From: Octopus sinensis
Taxonomy: Eukaryota
Reading direction: 5' to 3'
Length of the DNA: 64,000 nt
NCBI RefSeq assembly: GCF_006345805.1
Contig: NC_043001.1
Span: 82,026,001 to 82,090,000, forward strand
In this document: positions 23,581 to 37,745 of the stretch, piece by piece
How the letters are laid out: each line of letters begins with the position of its first letter
Numbering within the stretch: position 1 is the first letter of the stretch
Program-made: the position numbers and the translations under genes
Notes under the pieces: generated by a model
Seen by the model: the letters and a program-made list of their open reading frames with translations, nothing else
Databases searched by the model: none
What the model was told of the DNA's origin: nothing

Positions 23581-24497
23581 CCGGAACGTGCTAAGAAAAT
23601 ATAGGTACATCAACAGATTGAGAAACGTTGCTGATTATATGATTAACCTTGATGATATTAAAGCATTGTTATGTTATTCATATGTATATCACCTAAGGAT
23701 ACCTAATTCATTTTGATGTCAAAAAGGAAACACTTGAAATATTTCTCGTTTCACAAGCAATAATTACTATCCACGGGTATAAGACGTTTTGGCACAACCG
23801 TTTTAGCGCTGTTCATGTGGCATCGTTGAAGCAACGCTGTCTTATTTGACAGCAGGCGTTTTAAGGTTTTCTCGCATTCTCACACTCCTTCTCGTTTCCT
23901 CACCGCTCTTGGCTTTCACCCTTTCGGAATCGATAAATTAAGTAGTAGTAGAATACTGGGGTCAATGTGTTCGACCACCCTCTCCAAAATTTGAAATCAT
24001 CATCATCGTCATGATTCTTCTTCTTCTTCTTCTTCTTCTTCTTCTTCTTCTTCTTCTTCTTCTTCTTCTTCTTCTTCTTCTTCTTCTCCTTCTCGTTGTT
24101 GCTGTTGTAGTTGTTATTATTTATTTATTTATTCATTGCCGTACCTTGTACTTGATATATACTTTATTGCATCGACCCTGAAGGAATGAAAGGCAAAATT
24201 GACCTTGACACGCATCGATCTCAGAATCTACCGCAAAGCATTTTCTCCGATGCGCCAATGGTTCTGCCTGCTTGCCGACTCAGATATATTATAAATAACC
24301 ATATGACTGTTGGATGGTAGAATTGATAGTAAGGCGGAGGAAATGCATTGTAGTGTTTCGTTACACACGATTACGTTTGGTGAAGGAGCGTGGCCTAGTG
24401 GTTGGTGTGTTATGTAGACCTATAACTTACTTTATCGATCTGTTTTGGACCAACCACTAAGTAATTGGATCGTAAATAAACTAGCACCTGTTGTTAG

Positions 24498-24534
<37 letters not shown>

Positions 24535-24723
24535 GCGAGGAGATACTGAAGATTTCCTGATGTTAAGAGTATCGTGTAAGACCTAGTTGGAGACCCAACC
24601 TTCCGAGTTCTTTTAGGGCTTAGAAAAATTGAAGGACAGATGCGAATCTGAGAGGGGTATAAGTTAAATAAAACCATAATTAACTGATCCGTCAGCGATT
24701 TTGCCCAAAGCCAGGAACTCATC

Positions 24724-24775
<52 letters not shown>

Positions 24776-24819
24776 TCCACCAGCGATAATAATTAATTTT
24801 ATTTTATCGCAATTGACTT

Positions 24820-24875
<56 letters not shown>

Positions 24876-24904
24876 ATGTGTGTGTGTGTGTATGTGTGTG
24901 TATG

Positions 24905-24964
<60 letters not shown>

Positions 24965-25389
24965 GACTGCTTCTTTCAGTTACCGTTTATCAAATCCACT
25001 CACAGGGATTTGGTTGGCTATAGTAGAAGATACTTGCCCAAAGTGTCAAGTGGAGCTGAACCCGGAACCCTGTACTTAGGAAGCAAACTTCTTACCTCAC
25101 AGACACATATCCATGGGACCGCTGGATACCAGAGTTGGTTGCAAGGCAGAGAAAATCTGTTGTGCTACTTAGTTACACTTGATTAGGTTCGAAGTTCAAA
25201 TCCTGCTGGGAGGCAACATTGCCTTTCATCCTTCCGGTATCGATTATAAATAAGTATTAGACAAGGACAGAGATTGATTTATCGATTATTTCCGCCCCTT
25301 AAATATATCTGGCCTTGTGCCAAATCTTAGAAACCATCACTTGTAATAATAACAAAAACTTCACTTGGCATCATTTCATATATATCCTT

Positions 25390-25484
25390 TTTGTCTTTAA
25401 GATAATAATATAATAATAATAATGATGATGATGATAATAATAATAATAATAATAATAACAACAACAACAACAATAATAATAATG

Positions 25485-25546
<62 letters not shown>

Positions 25547-25790
25547 TAGAAGAAGAAAAGAAGAAGAAGAAGAAGAAGAAGAAGAAGAAAAAGAAGAAGA
25601 AGAAAAAGAAGGATAACAACAACATAAGCTGCAGACCCAATAACAACAGCGACAACAACGTCGCTATTTTCACCAATACCATTGATGATGATGATGATGA
25701 TGATGATGATTATGACGACGACGACGATGATGGTGGTGATGACGACGGCGATGATGCTAAAGATGCTGCTGATACTGTGGATGATGATGT

Positions 25791-25851
<61 letters not shown>

Positions 25852-25972
25852 GCTGACGATGATTATATCTCTTATTTGCCACAGGGGCAATGACAAATGA
25901 AGAGAACGGTAGAAAAACAGACGTTAAAATTTGGGCGTTCTAGATAAAATCGAATGGGTAGCATAAAAATCA

Positions 25973-26045
<73 letters not shown>

Positions 26046-26564
26046 AATAAACGAAAAGACTGAGTCAGCATTTATATCCTGTATGAGAGAGGAGACCAAT
26101 TCTTGTTATGCTTGGTTAAGCCTGAAGAATAGATTATTTCTTCGGAAAATTTTATGTAATTTCAAAATGAAAACAATTCATGTGTATCAAACAACAACAA
26201 CAACAACATCAATAACAACAAAAACAAAAAAACAACAACAACAACAACAGCAGCAGCAGCGGCAGCAATAACAACTATTACTACTACGATAACACCATCA
26301 ATATCATCATCAACAACAACAACAATAAAAGCATCAGTGACAGTAACAACAGACCACATCAACAACACCAGCAACAAGAACAGCACAACAATAATAACTA
26401 CAGTGATTGCTACAACAATATTTAGACAACAACAACAACACAACAATAACAACGAAAGTAATATGAAGTGCACCAAAAGGCAAAATAGTAGGTGTAGTAG
26501 TGGTAGTAGTAGTAATAAATGATAATAATAATAAAAATAATAATAAGGATGATGATGATGATGA

Positions 26565-26612
<48 letters not shown>

Positions 26613-26675
26613 AATAATAATAATAATGATAATAATGATCATAAATTAAATATCAATAGAGGTAATCATGAAAAT

Positions 26676-26712
<37 letters not shown>

Positions 26713-26792
26713 GTAGTAGTAGTAGTAGTAGTAGTAGTAAGAATAATAATAACAATAATAGTGATAAGTAATAACAATAGCAACAACAACGC

Positions 26793-26874
<82 letters not shown>

Positions 26875-26920
26875 AAGAAGAAGAAGGAGAACCATGATGA
26901 TGATGATGATAAACTTTTAT
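25390..26920. repeat. 1.5-kb mosaic of trinucleotide repeats (AAT, GAT, AAC, AAG, CAG, TAG)
   Basis: Direct observation; explains the homopolymeric ORFs. Confidence 0.95.
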
Positions 26921-27959
26921 CATATGTTTCCACTATTGTTTGGTCTCGTTTGTCTATTTTAATAATTCTTCCCGTTTATTTCTATTTTCTACGTTTATAG
27001 TTATGATTTTTCAAGGATATCTTTTTAAAAAATCTACGAAAATCTTGTTTGTGTTCATTTGCAAGTGAAATTAATTTTCCTCTAATTATTTCAGCTAAAG
27101 TTATCAACGATAATTCCAATATGTCGAGAATAACAAAATCCAGAATGTTCCTTTATCTAACAAACCGCAAAATAACAAAACATATCAATGTCTCCATATG
27201 TTGCAACATGATTACATAACATGTAGCGAAATGGTTGAGTCGTTAAAGAGTCGAATAAAATTAGACTGTCTTCTCGTATTTGGACCTGATTGTTTTGAGT
27301 TCAAATCCCGCTAAAGCCAACTTCGCTTTTTCACACATTTGGTCTCTCTTTTACTCTTTTTTTAATTAACTGTTTTAGTTATTGGACTACAGTCATGGTG
27401 GGGCACCATCTTGAAGGGTTTTGGTCAAATAAGTTCTCCACAGTGCTTATTATTATTTTTAAGCCAGGTCCATAAAGACACACACACACACACGTATACA
27501 CGACGGGCTTCCACACACTTTCTGTATACCAAATTCACTCACAAGACATTAATCAGCCCGCAGCTATAGAAGAAAATTTGCCGCGGAGTGGGACTGAACC
27601 CAAAACCATGTGGTTGCTAAGTGAACCTCTTGGCCACACAGCCACTCTTGCGCATATAAATAACATACCAGCCCAAGCCATAGCTTGGCAAAACTGTTAA
27701 AGCGTCGAGCAAAATACATTGGGGTTTTTGCTCCGTATCTCTGCACTCTTAGTTCAAACCCTGTTGCGGCCAACATTTCCTTTCATCTTCCTGTGGTTTA
27801 TGAATAAAATAGTAGCTTGAAGCTGTGAATTTGCAGAATTCTTAAAATGTCGGACTAAAATGCCTTAGAATATATATTTTGAATTTGAGAATTCAGAGTT
27901 CAAATTTCACCACCGCCTAGTAATTCAAATCTCATCAATGGTTAGGGTTAATATTCAAA

Positions 27960-28380
27960 CGATGTAAAGATGGGTATCATGGTCATCTACTACTTCCCCC
28001 CACTTTCTCCTCCTCTCATTCTCCTCCTCCTCCCCTATACATCCTCTTCTCTCCTCTCCTCCTCTACATCCCCTCCTTCTTACCTTCAACTTCCACCCCT
28101 CCTTCTTCCCCCTTCTTTTCTTCCATCTCTTCCCTTCTTCCCCATCCTCATCCTCTCCCTCCCTTACCACTCCTCCACTTCTTCTCCTTCCTCTTCCTCC
28201 TCGCCCCTTCATTTCCTCCCCACCTCTTCCTCCTCACTGCCCCTTCCTCATGCTCTTCTTCTTCCTCCTTCCTCCTCCACTCACCCTCTCTCTACCCTTC
28301 TCCTCTCTCTACCCTTCTCCTCTCTCTACCCTTCTCCTCTCCCTATCCCCACACTCCTCCCCTCCTCCTTCTTCTCCCCC
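27960..28380. repeat. Polypyrimidine (CT/CCT-rich) low-complexity tract
   Basis: Nearly all C/T on the + strand. Confidence 0.9.
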
Positions 28381-28819
28381 ACCTCCTTTGAAACAGCTAG
28401 TTGGCAGAAACATTATCACGCCTGACAAAGTGCTCTCTCTCTCTTTTCTTTTTTTACACATTTTAACTAAATGAATTTCGACCCCAAAATATGCTGCCTG
28501 GCAAATTGTTTGGTTTCGCTTGTGGGATAATCCAATTATGAACAATTCACGTGATCAGCTTTAGCCAATGAAATAGTGAGTCTCAGATGCTATCTTGAGC
28601 AAAAGAACATTTCATTACACGACATCAAATTAGCCTCTGCAGATGAACGTAAATGTGGGGAGTAAATAAGGGCATAGAGCTCAGCCTTGATGAAGAAGTC
28701 CAAGTGGTTTCGGTTTCGATCCCATTGCGCAGTAGCCCCGAGCTGACCAGTTCGCCTTGTGAGAGAATTTGATAGACAGGAAGTACGTGGAAGACCATCG
28801 TATGCATGTACGTATGTCA

Positions 28820-29130
28820 TTATTGTGGAAATCAGCTACTCAGCGGATGTTAGCATAAACCCAAAGATCACCAAAAAAGAGAATACTTATGCTGAACTAT
28901 TGGGGATTCCATAGTTAGTCTATGTAGTTTACAAGATCAAGTTTATACCTGTAATTATTTGAGCAATGAGATATGTAACAGACTGCATAAGCACCAATCT
29001 TGAGAAACTAAGCTTCTCAAAACCAGAAAGGAGAAAGCTGGTTCGAAGACTACAGAACCAAGACATCACTGGAACTGTAAAAATGTGTAAAACTTTCCAG
29101 AAGTTAATCATCTAAGTATATAAGCGCATG
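28820..29130 (+). pseudogene. 3' end of an RLE-type non-LTR retrotransposon (R4/Dong-like), followed by (TATG)n
   Basis: Conceptual translation VEISYSADVSINPKITKKENTYAELL...FIPVII*AMRYV...LEKLSFSKPERRKLVRRLQ...GTVKMCKTFQK resembles the C-terminal restriction-like endonuclease region. Confidence 0.7.
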
Positions 29131-29420
29131 TTTATGTATGTATGTATGTATGTATGTATGTATGTATGTATGTATGTATGTATGTATGTATGTATGTATG
29201 TATGTATGTATGTATGTATGTATGTATGTTTGTATATATGTATTCATGTATGTATGTCATTCTTTTTTCAAAATTTCTTGCTAATAGAAAAAGGTTTGGT
29301 TTCTAGCCTAGATCCAAGGCTCCTTCACTGGAATTTCAGCAACATCAACAGGGCATTTTTGCTTGTGCGTAGGTATATGTGTAGCATTTGGAGTCAGTGT
29401 ATGTATATATATATATATAT

Positions 29421-29815
29421 TTTTTACTTGTTTCAGTCATTTGACTGCGGCCATGCTGGAGCACCGCCTTTAGTCGAGCAAATCGACCCCGGGACTTATT
29501 CTTTGTAAGCCCAGTACTTATTCTATCGGTCTTTCTTGCCGAACCGCTAAGTGACGGGGACGTAAACACACCAGCATCAGTTGTCAAGCAATGCTAGGGG
29601 GACAAACACAGACACACAAACACACACATTCATATATATATACATATATACAACAGGCTTCTTTCAGTTTCCGTCTACTAAATCCACTCACAAGGCATTG
29701 GTCAGCCCGGGGCTATAGCAGAGGACACCTGCCCAAGATGCCACACAGTGGGACTGAACTCTGAACCATGTGGTTGTTTAGCAAGCTACTTACCACACAG
29801 CCACTCCTGCGCCTA
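29421..29815 (-). mobile_element. SINE-A, full length
   Basis: Complete from TAGGCGCAGGAGTGGCTGTGTGG to the tail. Confidence 0.92.
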
Positions 29816-29874
29816 TATATATTTATATGTTCTGTTTTATGTATGCACTCTTATGCATATAGCTGTATGTGTAG

Positions 29875-29998
29875 ACATGCGCATATATACTGAAATGATA
29901 AACTTCTGGAAAGTTTTACATATTTTTACAGTTCCAGTGATGGCTTGGATCTGTAGTCTTCAAATCAGCTCAGCTTTCTCCTTTCTCGTTTTGAGAAG
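29875..29998 (-). mobile_element. Second short 3' fragment of the same RLE-type LINE
   Basis: Reverse complement closely matches 29011-29129; abuts (TATG)n at 30003. Confidence 0.75.
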
Positions 29999-30002
29999 CC
30001 AG

Positions 30003-30360
30003 TATGTATGCATGTATGTATGTATGTATGTATGTATGTATGTATGTATGTATGAATGCATGCATGTATGTATGTATGCATGCATGTATGTATGTATGTG
30101 TATGTATGTATGCATGTATGTATGTATGTATGTTTGTATGTATGTACGTATGTATGTATGTATGTATGTATGTATGTATGTATGTATGCATGCATGCATG
30201 TATGTATGTATGTATGCATGCATGTATGTATGTGTGTATGTGTATGTATGTATGTATGTATGTATGTATGCATGTATGTATGTATGTATATATGTATGTA
30301 TGCATGCATGCATGTATGTATGTATGTATGTATGTATGTGTATGTATGTGCATATGTGTG
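30003..30360. repeat. (ATGT)n/(ATGC) array
   Basis: Direct observation. Confidence 0.95.
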
Positions 30361-30738
30361 TGTATGTAAGCGTGCATGTCTCTATGAATGTATGTACAAA
30401 TACACTCAAACACATATACACGCTCTCTCACACACATAAAAATGGAAGCTGTTTATTTTCATTTATTGGGGACAATGCTTTTAGATAATAACCGTTGTGT
30501 AACATTAGGCGTGAATATAATAGCTTCTCTTATATGTGTACGTGCGCGTGTGTGTATGTGTGTGTGTGAATAACTTAGAGTACACATGTACATACATCCA
30601 TATATATATATCTGTGCATGTGTCTATATAGTATATGTGTGTGTGTATGTATGGAGAGAGAGAAAGAGAGAGAGAGAGAGAAATAGAAAAAGATAGCGAA
30701 AGAAAGAGAGAAAGAGAGTGTATGTGTTGCGTGTATGC

Positions 30739-30828
<90 letters not shown>

Positions 30829-31231
30829 AGGGAGAAGAGCAGAAAAATACAGACGGAAAGGTGGTAGTGAGTTGTTGGACGATAGTAAATGAAATCTCGC
30901 CAGCAAGTCTTCAGAAACTGGCACAAGATTTGTTTTGTAACATGAAAATAAAACATGATAACATTGTTTAGAGAAATGTTCGTGACGTTATTGATTAAAT
31001 GTTTTAATTTTGGTAAAAACTGTTATTGATAATAAAACAAAGCCAGCGTCGCCGGTGTTATAGAAGTACTTAGTTAATTTTAAGTTTAGTTGTAGTATTT
31101 GGTATAAAGCTGGGGTCCACAACAAGCGGGCCGCAGATCATTTGGTATCGGGCCGCACAGAGAGAATACATATTCTGATTTTATTTCTGTTTTATTGGCT
31201 ATCGCAATCTTCAGGATATTTTTGTGTTATA

Positions 31232-31624
31232 CACTCTTTTACTTGTTTCAGGCATTTGACTGTGGCCATGCTGGAGCACCGCCTTTAGTCGAGCAAATCG
31301 ACCCCATGACTTAGTCTTTGGAAGCCTAGTACTTATTCTATCGGTCTCTTTTGCCGAACCGCTAAGTTACGGGGGCGTAAACACACCAGCATCGGTTGTC
31401 AAACGATGTTGGGAGGACAAACACAGACACACAAACATATATACACACACACACATACATATACATATACACATATACGACGGGCTTCTTTCGGTTTCCG
31501 TCTACCAAATCCACTCACAAGGCTTTGGTCGACCCGAGGCTATAGCAGAAGACACTTGCCCAAGGTGGCATTCAGTGGGACTGAACCCGGAACCATGTGG
31601 TTGGTAAGCAAGCTACTTACCATA
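31232..31624 (-). mobile_element. SINE-A, near full length
   Basis: Colinear with the other SINE-A copies. Confidence 0.9.
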
Positions 31625-31857
31625 CATTTATTATACATGTAAGAATTCCTACTATCGTAGGCACCAGAATTGAAATTTCGTGGGCGAGAGCCAGTTGATT
31701 ATATAGACCCCTAACGATCAACTGACACTAATTTTATCAACCCCTGGAAGGGATAAATGGCAAGTCGAACCTGGCGGATAGTGTACTCAAAGCGTAAAGC
31801 CGGAATAAATACTGCTTGGCAAATTGTCCGGTGTGCTAACGACTCGGTTAGCCCACC

Positions 31858-31888
<31 letters not shown>

Positions 31889-33674
31889 GTATGTATGTAT
31901 TTATGTATGTATGTTTATATGTATGTATGTATGTATGTAGTATGTATGTATGTAGTATGTATGAGCGGTATTGGTATCCAGAAGACCCAGAATGGCAGGT
32001 AAGGCTATGTAAGTGCTACGGGAGGACGGTAGTTAGACTCTCGGTTCTCTAATAATACGAGAGGGGTGTCTAATGCGGGTCTTGTGTGACCATGTACGTA
32101 TTAAAAAAATGAGATGCATTTGTAATGACAAGATATTAACTCCTATGTGTGTTGCTGTTGAGGTAGCACTCTATTTTCGATAAGTGTCGTATAGTTAATA
32201 CTGTGTGCTGCGATTTGAATTAGTTTGGCTGCTATTTCTACCGAATCAGTCGACTACGCAGAGGCTCCTACGTTGGGATGTCATAAAAAAATTTTGTGTA
32301 TGTTTTACTCCTTGTCAGAAAGCAGTTAGTTGATGAATTTAGTCGTAATGTGTGAAGAAAATCAATTAGTTAATGGCCAACTGAACATTTCATCATCAAT
32401 AATGACTAATAATTTACCAGAATTAAGCAGATAAGACCAAAAAATCTATCCCTTTCCTCCATTTTTGTCCAACGTTGTCTCTCTCACCGTTTCATGCTTT
32501 GTATTCTCTCGACACCACCGTTTACTATTTCGCTTTATTTTTGCTTGTCCCTGACTCTGTCTTTCCGTCTTTCTGTTTGTTTTTCTATTTGTCCATCTGT
32601 TTATCTGTCTGCTTCTGTTTCTCTCATTAACACACACTATAGTCTCTATACTCTCTCGTACTGTTAGAAATAGCAGCCAGTTCTCTTTCAAATAACGTGT
32701 TGTTCTCTCAAGAAAACAAGGATGCACTGATAAAATGAGATATGGTCCTAGATATCCTATGTTTGGATGGTCACAATTAGAACGTCTTTGATCATAGGTC
32801 AGTTTGACCATGGCTTACGGCAAAATAGGAAACCGTTATACATACTTGTGTAACGGTTTCTAATTTAGACAAAAAAGAAGCAATTTTGATGGGAGGGAAC
32901 TAATCAATACCATCGGACCAAATACTTGCCTCATAGTTTCTATTATTATTATCGACCCCAAAAGAATAAAAAAAAAAGAAGCTAACCCTCGCGGAATTTG
33001 AACTCGCAATCTGAAGAAATACAACACAGCATTTTACTCCCACGCCTTTACGATTTTGCCTGCTGGCCACCTTAATGGATAATATTCACTTTCTAATTTT
33101 GTCACAAGGGTTGCAGTTTTGGAAGAGGTGGCGAGTCTATTACATCGACTCCAGTGTTCAATAGGTATCTATTTTATCGTCTCCGAAATGAAGGGAACAG
33201 TCAAGCTCAGAATGTAAGGAACCGGAAGAAACGCAGTTAAGCATTTTGCTTGACGCCCTTATGACTCTGTCAGTTTGCAGTTGGAATGCACTTTCCAACT
33301 AAATGGTTCTGGATTCAATCCCACTGTGTGGCACCTTGGGTTAGTGTCTTCTACCAAAGCCTTACGAGTGGACTAAGTAGAGGGAAACAGAAAGAAGACT
33401 CTAGTATATATATATATATATATATATATATGCATATACACACGCGCGCGCACACACAGACACACACACACACATGCATGTATATACCTATGTGTGTGGG
33501 TCTTTGTGTTTGTCTCACCGCTTGTCAACCGGTTTTGGTGAGTTTAAATACCTGTAACTTAGCGGTTCGGCAATAAGTCCTGGGGTCGATTTATTCGACA
33601 AAAACCCCTTTAAGGCGATGCTCCAGCGTAGCCACAGTCATGACTAAAAGATAAAATATAACAGACAGAACACC

Positions 33675-33773
33675 ACTACGCCTTATGCCCACGGGCATAT
33701 GACGTAGTGGTTAAGAGCGCGGGCTACTAACCCCAAGATTCCGAGTTCGATTCCAAGCAGCGATCTGAACAAC

Positions 33774-33832
<59 letters not shown>

Positions 33833-34016
33833 CACCGAAAAATACCTTAGGAATGAGAACCCAGGTTCGAACTTTCTCCAAGACATCTGAAGAAGGCTGG
33901 AGGGTATATCAGCCGAAACGTTGTGTTAACAACAAACAAGATGAGGACAAATATCCGTCGAATGTAAATAATGTAAATAATGTACATAATTCCTCATCTC
34001 TTAAATATAAAACTGT
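33675..34016 (+). mobile_element. tRNA-headed, hammerhead-containing SINE-like element with 5' inversion and TSD
   Basis: A-box 33700-33710, B-box 33743-33754, (AAT)n, hammerhead 33882-33927, (AATGTAAAT) tandem near the 3' end; AGAACACC at 33667-33674 and 34017-34024. Confidence 0.75.
33882..33927 (+). ncRNA. Minimal type I hammerhead ribozyme motif
   Basis: GACAT-CTGAAGA-A-GGCTG(loop)CAGCC-GAAA-CGT-T-GTGTT; palindromic ACGT stem III as in dimer-dependent minimal hammerheads. Confidence 0.65.
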
Positions 34017-34614
34017 AGAACACCTTTTTGTTTGCTATTAAGTTAAAAATACTTGAACAACACCTGATTGTCATCGGTTATGTGATTGCATAACATAACA
34101 GCTCTCGGTAGATGAGTATAATTAGCAGCTTTTTATAGCTAAGTACATTATAATCTTATCATTAGTATGATTTAAGTATTAAGCATTTAATTTCAAAATC
34201 ATTTCATCTCCCTTCAGGCGTTTGAAGATGGCCGTTTTCGTAAGACAAATTGTTGTTGAATTAAATAGCGGTAACCGAAAAATAAATCGTTGATGTTTAG
34301 GTATGTGTGTACATGTATGCGATTCACAGAAATTACTTCTGTCCATCACAAAGATAATGGTTATATGAGTTCCTCTGTTTCACATTATCTCTTAATTAGT
34401 GTCCGCTGTGTTGGAAGGATGGATGGTGATTGCAAAACAAAAAAAATCAACTGATGCGGTAAGATGTGTTGCGTCCTGCCATATGTCGTTTCCCTCGCTT
34501 TCGCTTCCCTTTAAACTCCAGCATCATTTTCTTCTTTCTCATTCCATCCCTCCTTCTCTCTCTCTCTCTGTGCCGCTGTCCCGAGTGTGTAAGTGTGTGT
34601 GTGTGTAATATTAC

Positions 34615-35024
34615 ACTTTTACTCTTATACTTGTTTCAGTCATATGAGTGCGGCCATGGTGGAGCACTGCATTTAGTCGAGCAAATCGACCCCAGGACTT
34701 GTTCTTTGTAAGCCTAGTACATATTCTATCGGTCTCTTTTGCTGAACCGTTAAGTTACGGGGACGTAAACACAGCACCATCGGTTGTCAAGCGATGTTGG
34801 GATGACAAACACAGACACACAAACATAGACACACACATACATATATTATATATATATGTATATACATATATACGACGGGCAAATTTCAGATTCCGTTTAC
34901 CAAATCCACTCACAAGGCTTTGGTCGGCCCGAGGCTATAGTAGAAGACACTTGCCCAAGGTGCTACGCAGTGGGAATGAACCAGGAACCATGTGGTTCGT
35001 AAGCAAGCTGCTTACCACACAGTC
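34615..35024 (-). mobile_element. SINE-A, full length, abutting a SINE-B copy (35030-35200, minus)
   Basis: Colinear with the other copies. Confidence 0.88.
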
Positions 35025-35441
35025 AGCAAATTTTGGCACAAAACCAGCAATTTCGACGGGAGAGGGTAATTCGATTACATCGACCCCATTGCTCGAAAGG
35101 ATGAAACCAAAGTCGACCTCGGTGGAATTTGAACGCAGAAGAATGTGAAGACGGGAGAAATACCGCGAAGCATTTCGCCCGAGACGCAAAGGATTCTACC
35201 AATAGTATATTATACATGGGATAGAGAGCTAGCAGAATCGTTACAGTGTTGGAAAAAATACTTAGCAGTATTTCCAACAGTATTTTTATGTTCCGAGATC
35301 AAATGCTGCTGAAGGACAGACATTTTTGAAAACTTGAAAAAAACCGACATTTTGAAAACATTTTTGAAACACACACACACATATTTATATACACATGCAT
35401 TCATGCATACATACATAAATACATACATACATACATATATT

Positions 35442-35484
<43 letters not shown>

Positions 35485-35770
35485 TTATAATGGACCCTCC
35501 CTTCGTTAGACGACGTTTGAGGGTTCGACAAACTCTTACCGAAAAACCCCATACATGATTTGTTTATAGACATCAAATGTTTATGTAGGCATAAGCTCAC
35601 TCCCTCCATCAAATCGAAATTACCTGCACAGGTGCCACATGTCAGCCGTCGAAATGATCACAGAGCAACGTGAAATGAAGTGCTTTGCTCAAGAACACAA
35701 TGCTACGCCCTCTCTGGGAATCGAACCCACGATCTCGCAATCGTGATTGCAACACTCTAACAACTAAGCC

Positions 35771-36384
35771 ATGCATGTGTGTCTGTGTCTGCGTTTGTCC
35801 TCCCATCACCGCTTGATGACCGGTGTTGGTGTGTTTACGGCCCCGTAACATAGCGGTTCGACATAAGACAACCGATAGAATAAGTACTAGGCTTAAGAAA
35901 TAAGTTCTGGGGTTGATTCATTCGACTAAAAAACCCTCCAAGGTGGTGCTCCAGCATGGCCGCTGTCAAATGACTAAAACAAGTATAAAAATATATATCT
36001 CTTTTACTCTTTACTCTTTTACTTGTTTCAGTCATCTGACTGTGGCCATGCTGGAGCACCGACTTTTAGTTGAGCAGATCGACCCCAGGATTTATTCTTT
36101 GTAAACCTAGTACTTATTCTATCAGTCTCTCTTGCCGAACCGCTAGATTACGGGGACGTAAACACACCAGCATCGGTTGTCAAGTGATGTTGGGGGAACA
36201 AACACACACACACACATATATACATATATACGACGGGCTTCTTTAAGTTTCCGTCTGCCAAATCCACTCATAAGGCTTTGGTCGGCCCGAAGCTAGCGTA
36301 GAAGACACTTGGCCAAGGTGCCACGCAGTGGGACTGAACCTGGAACCATGTGGTTCGTAAGGAAGCTACTTACCACACAGCCAC
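35771..36384. mobile_element. Tail-to-tail SINE-A pair (35771-36000 + 3' half; 36001-36384 - full length)
   Basis: Two tails converge at about 36000. Confidence 0.88.
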
Positions 36385-36385
36385 A

Positions 36386-36421
<36 letters not shown>

Positions 36422-37519
36422 TGTATGTATGTATGCGTGTATGTATGTATGTATGTATGTATGTATGTATGTATGTATGTATGTATGTATGTATGTATGT
36501 ATACAACGCGCAAATTATTATTCTCCCTCTTAGTTCTATTGAAATGCTACTTTTTATATTAGTTTTCATTATATACCATTAACATATATTAGTATATATA
36601 ACTAGTATTAAAATGACATTATAACCGTGATATATAATTTAAATAACGACGCCATTAAACTGTCATTATGAATTGATCTTTTCTGATAGTCGCCATCTTA
36701 CGTCTGCTCTTTCCATGTGGTCATATCATAGAGTGATATCGTATACTCGATGTCTTCGTGTCATGCTCTCTCTTTCTCTCTGCAGCTTGTTTCTGACTCT
36801 CTCTCTCTCCTTCCCGCTTTCACTCTTTCCCTTCTCTCTCTCCTTCTCTCATTCTCTTTCCCTCTCTCTCTCCTTCTCTCATTCTCTTTCCCCCTCTCTC
36901 TCTCTGTTCTTTACCTTTCTCTCCTTCCTCCTCTCGCTAACTTGTGCTCTTTCTCTTTCGCTCTCTCTCAATTTGCAACTTCATAAATTTTCTTACAACC
37001 CTTGCTTTAGAATTTTAAATACGCACGTACACATACACTCACACATGAAAGCCCGACATAACATACAAATACATGTGTGTGTGTATGTGTGTGTGTGTGT
37101 ATGTGCGTGTGTGTATGTATGTGTGTCTGATGTAGTCTTAAATACGTGGTATAGCCTTAAACACATTAACATAGCTAGAGTATGTGTCGGCCCCTGCTCC
37201 CCTTCAGTTTGCCGCCCCCGGGCCCTCACAAAAAATACATCTTGCCAACAGCAGACGCAATAGTGGTGCCGCTACCGTAAAAGTTCCACCCGGGGAGAGG
37301 CACCCCCTCCATCCGCTCTAGCTACGCTAGTGTGTTAAACACTAGTTTAAAGCCATGTTACGTCCGAAACATCAGTTCTTGTCCGATCACCGATGTTATG
37401 CAATGTCGTATCAATATAAGCACTTAAGTCATGAATAAAAACAGTACGTTACTAAACAGTATTCACTCATAACTGATGGTTCTATTGATTCTACTTTACA
37501 ACACATTCATAGATACAAA

Positions 37520-37713
37520 TAGGCGCTGGAGTGGCTGTGTGGTAAGAAGTTTACTTCCCAACCATTCTTTGTAAGCCTAGTACTTATTCTATTGGACTCT
37601 TTTACCGAACCGCTAAGTTACGGGAACGTAAACACACCATGATCGGTTGTCAAGTGATGGTGGGGTGACAAACACAGACACAGAAGTACATACATATATA
37701 CATACATACATAG

Positions 37714-37745
<32 letters not shown>

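Noticed and set aside
25371-26933. Poly-I/M/N/L/Q ORFs, and the Pro/Thr/His-rich ORFs at 58204-59127
   Set aside because: Trinucleotide mosaics open in multiple frames and strands, with no splice or compositional support
29011-29998. Inverted repeats as TIRs of one DNA transposon
   Set aside because: The arms translate to an RLE-LINE C-terminus and lack a TSD; better explained as two LINE 3' fragments
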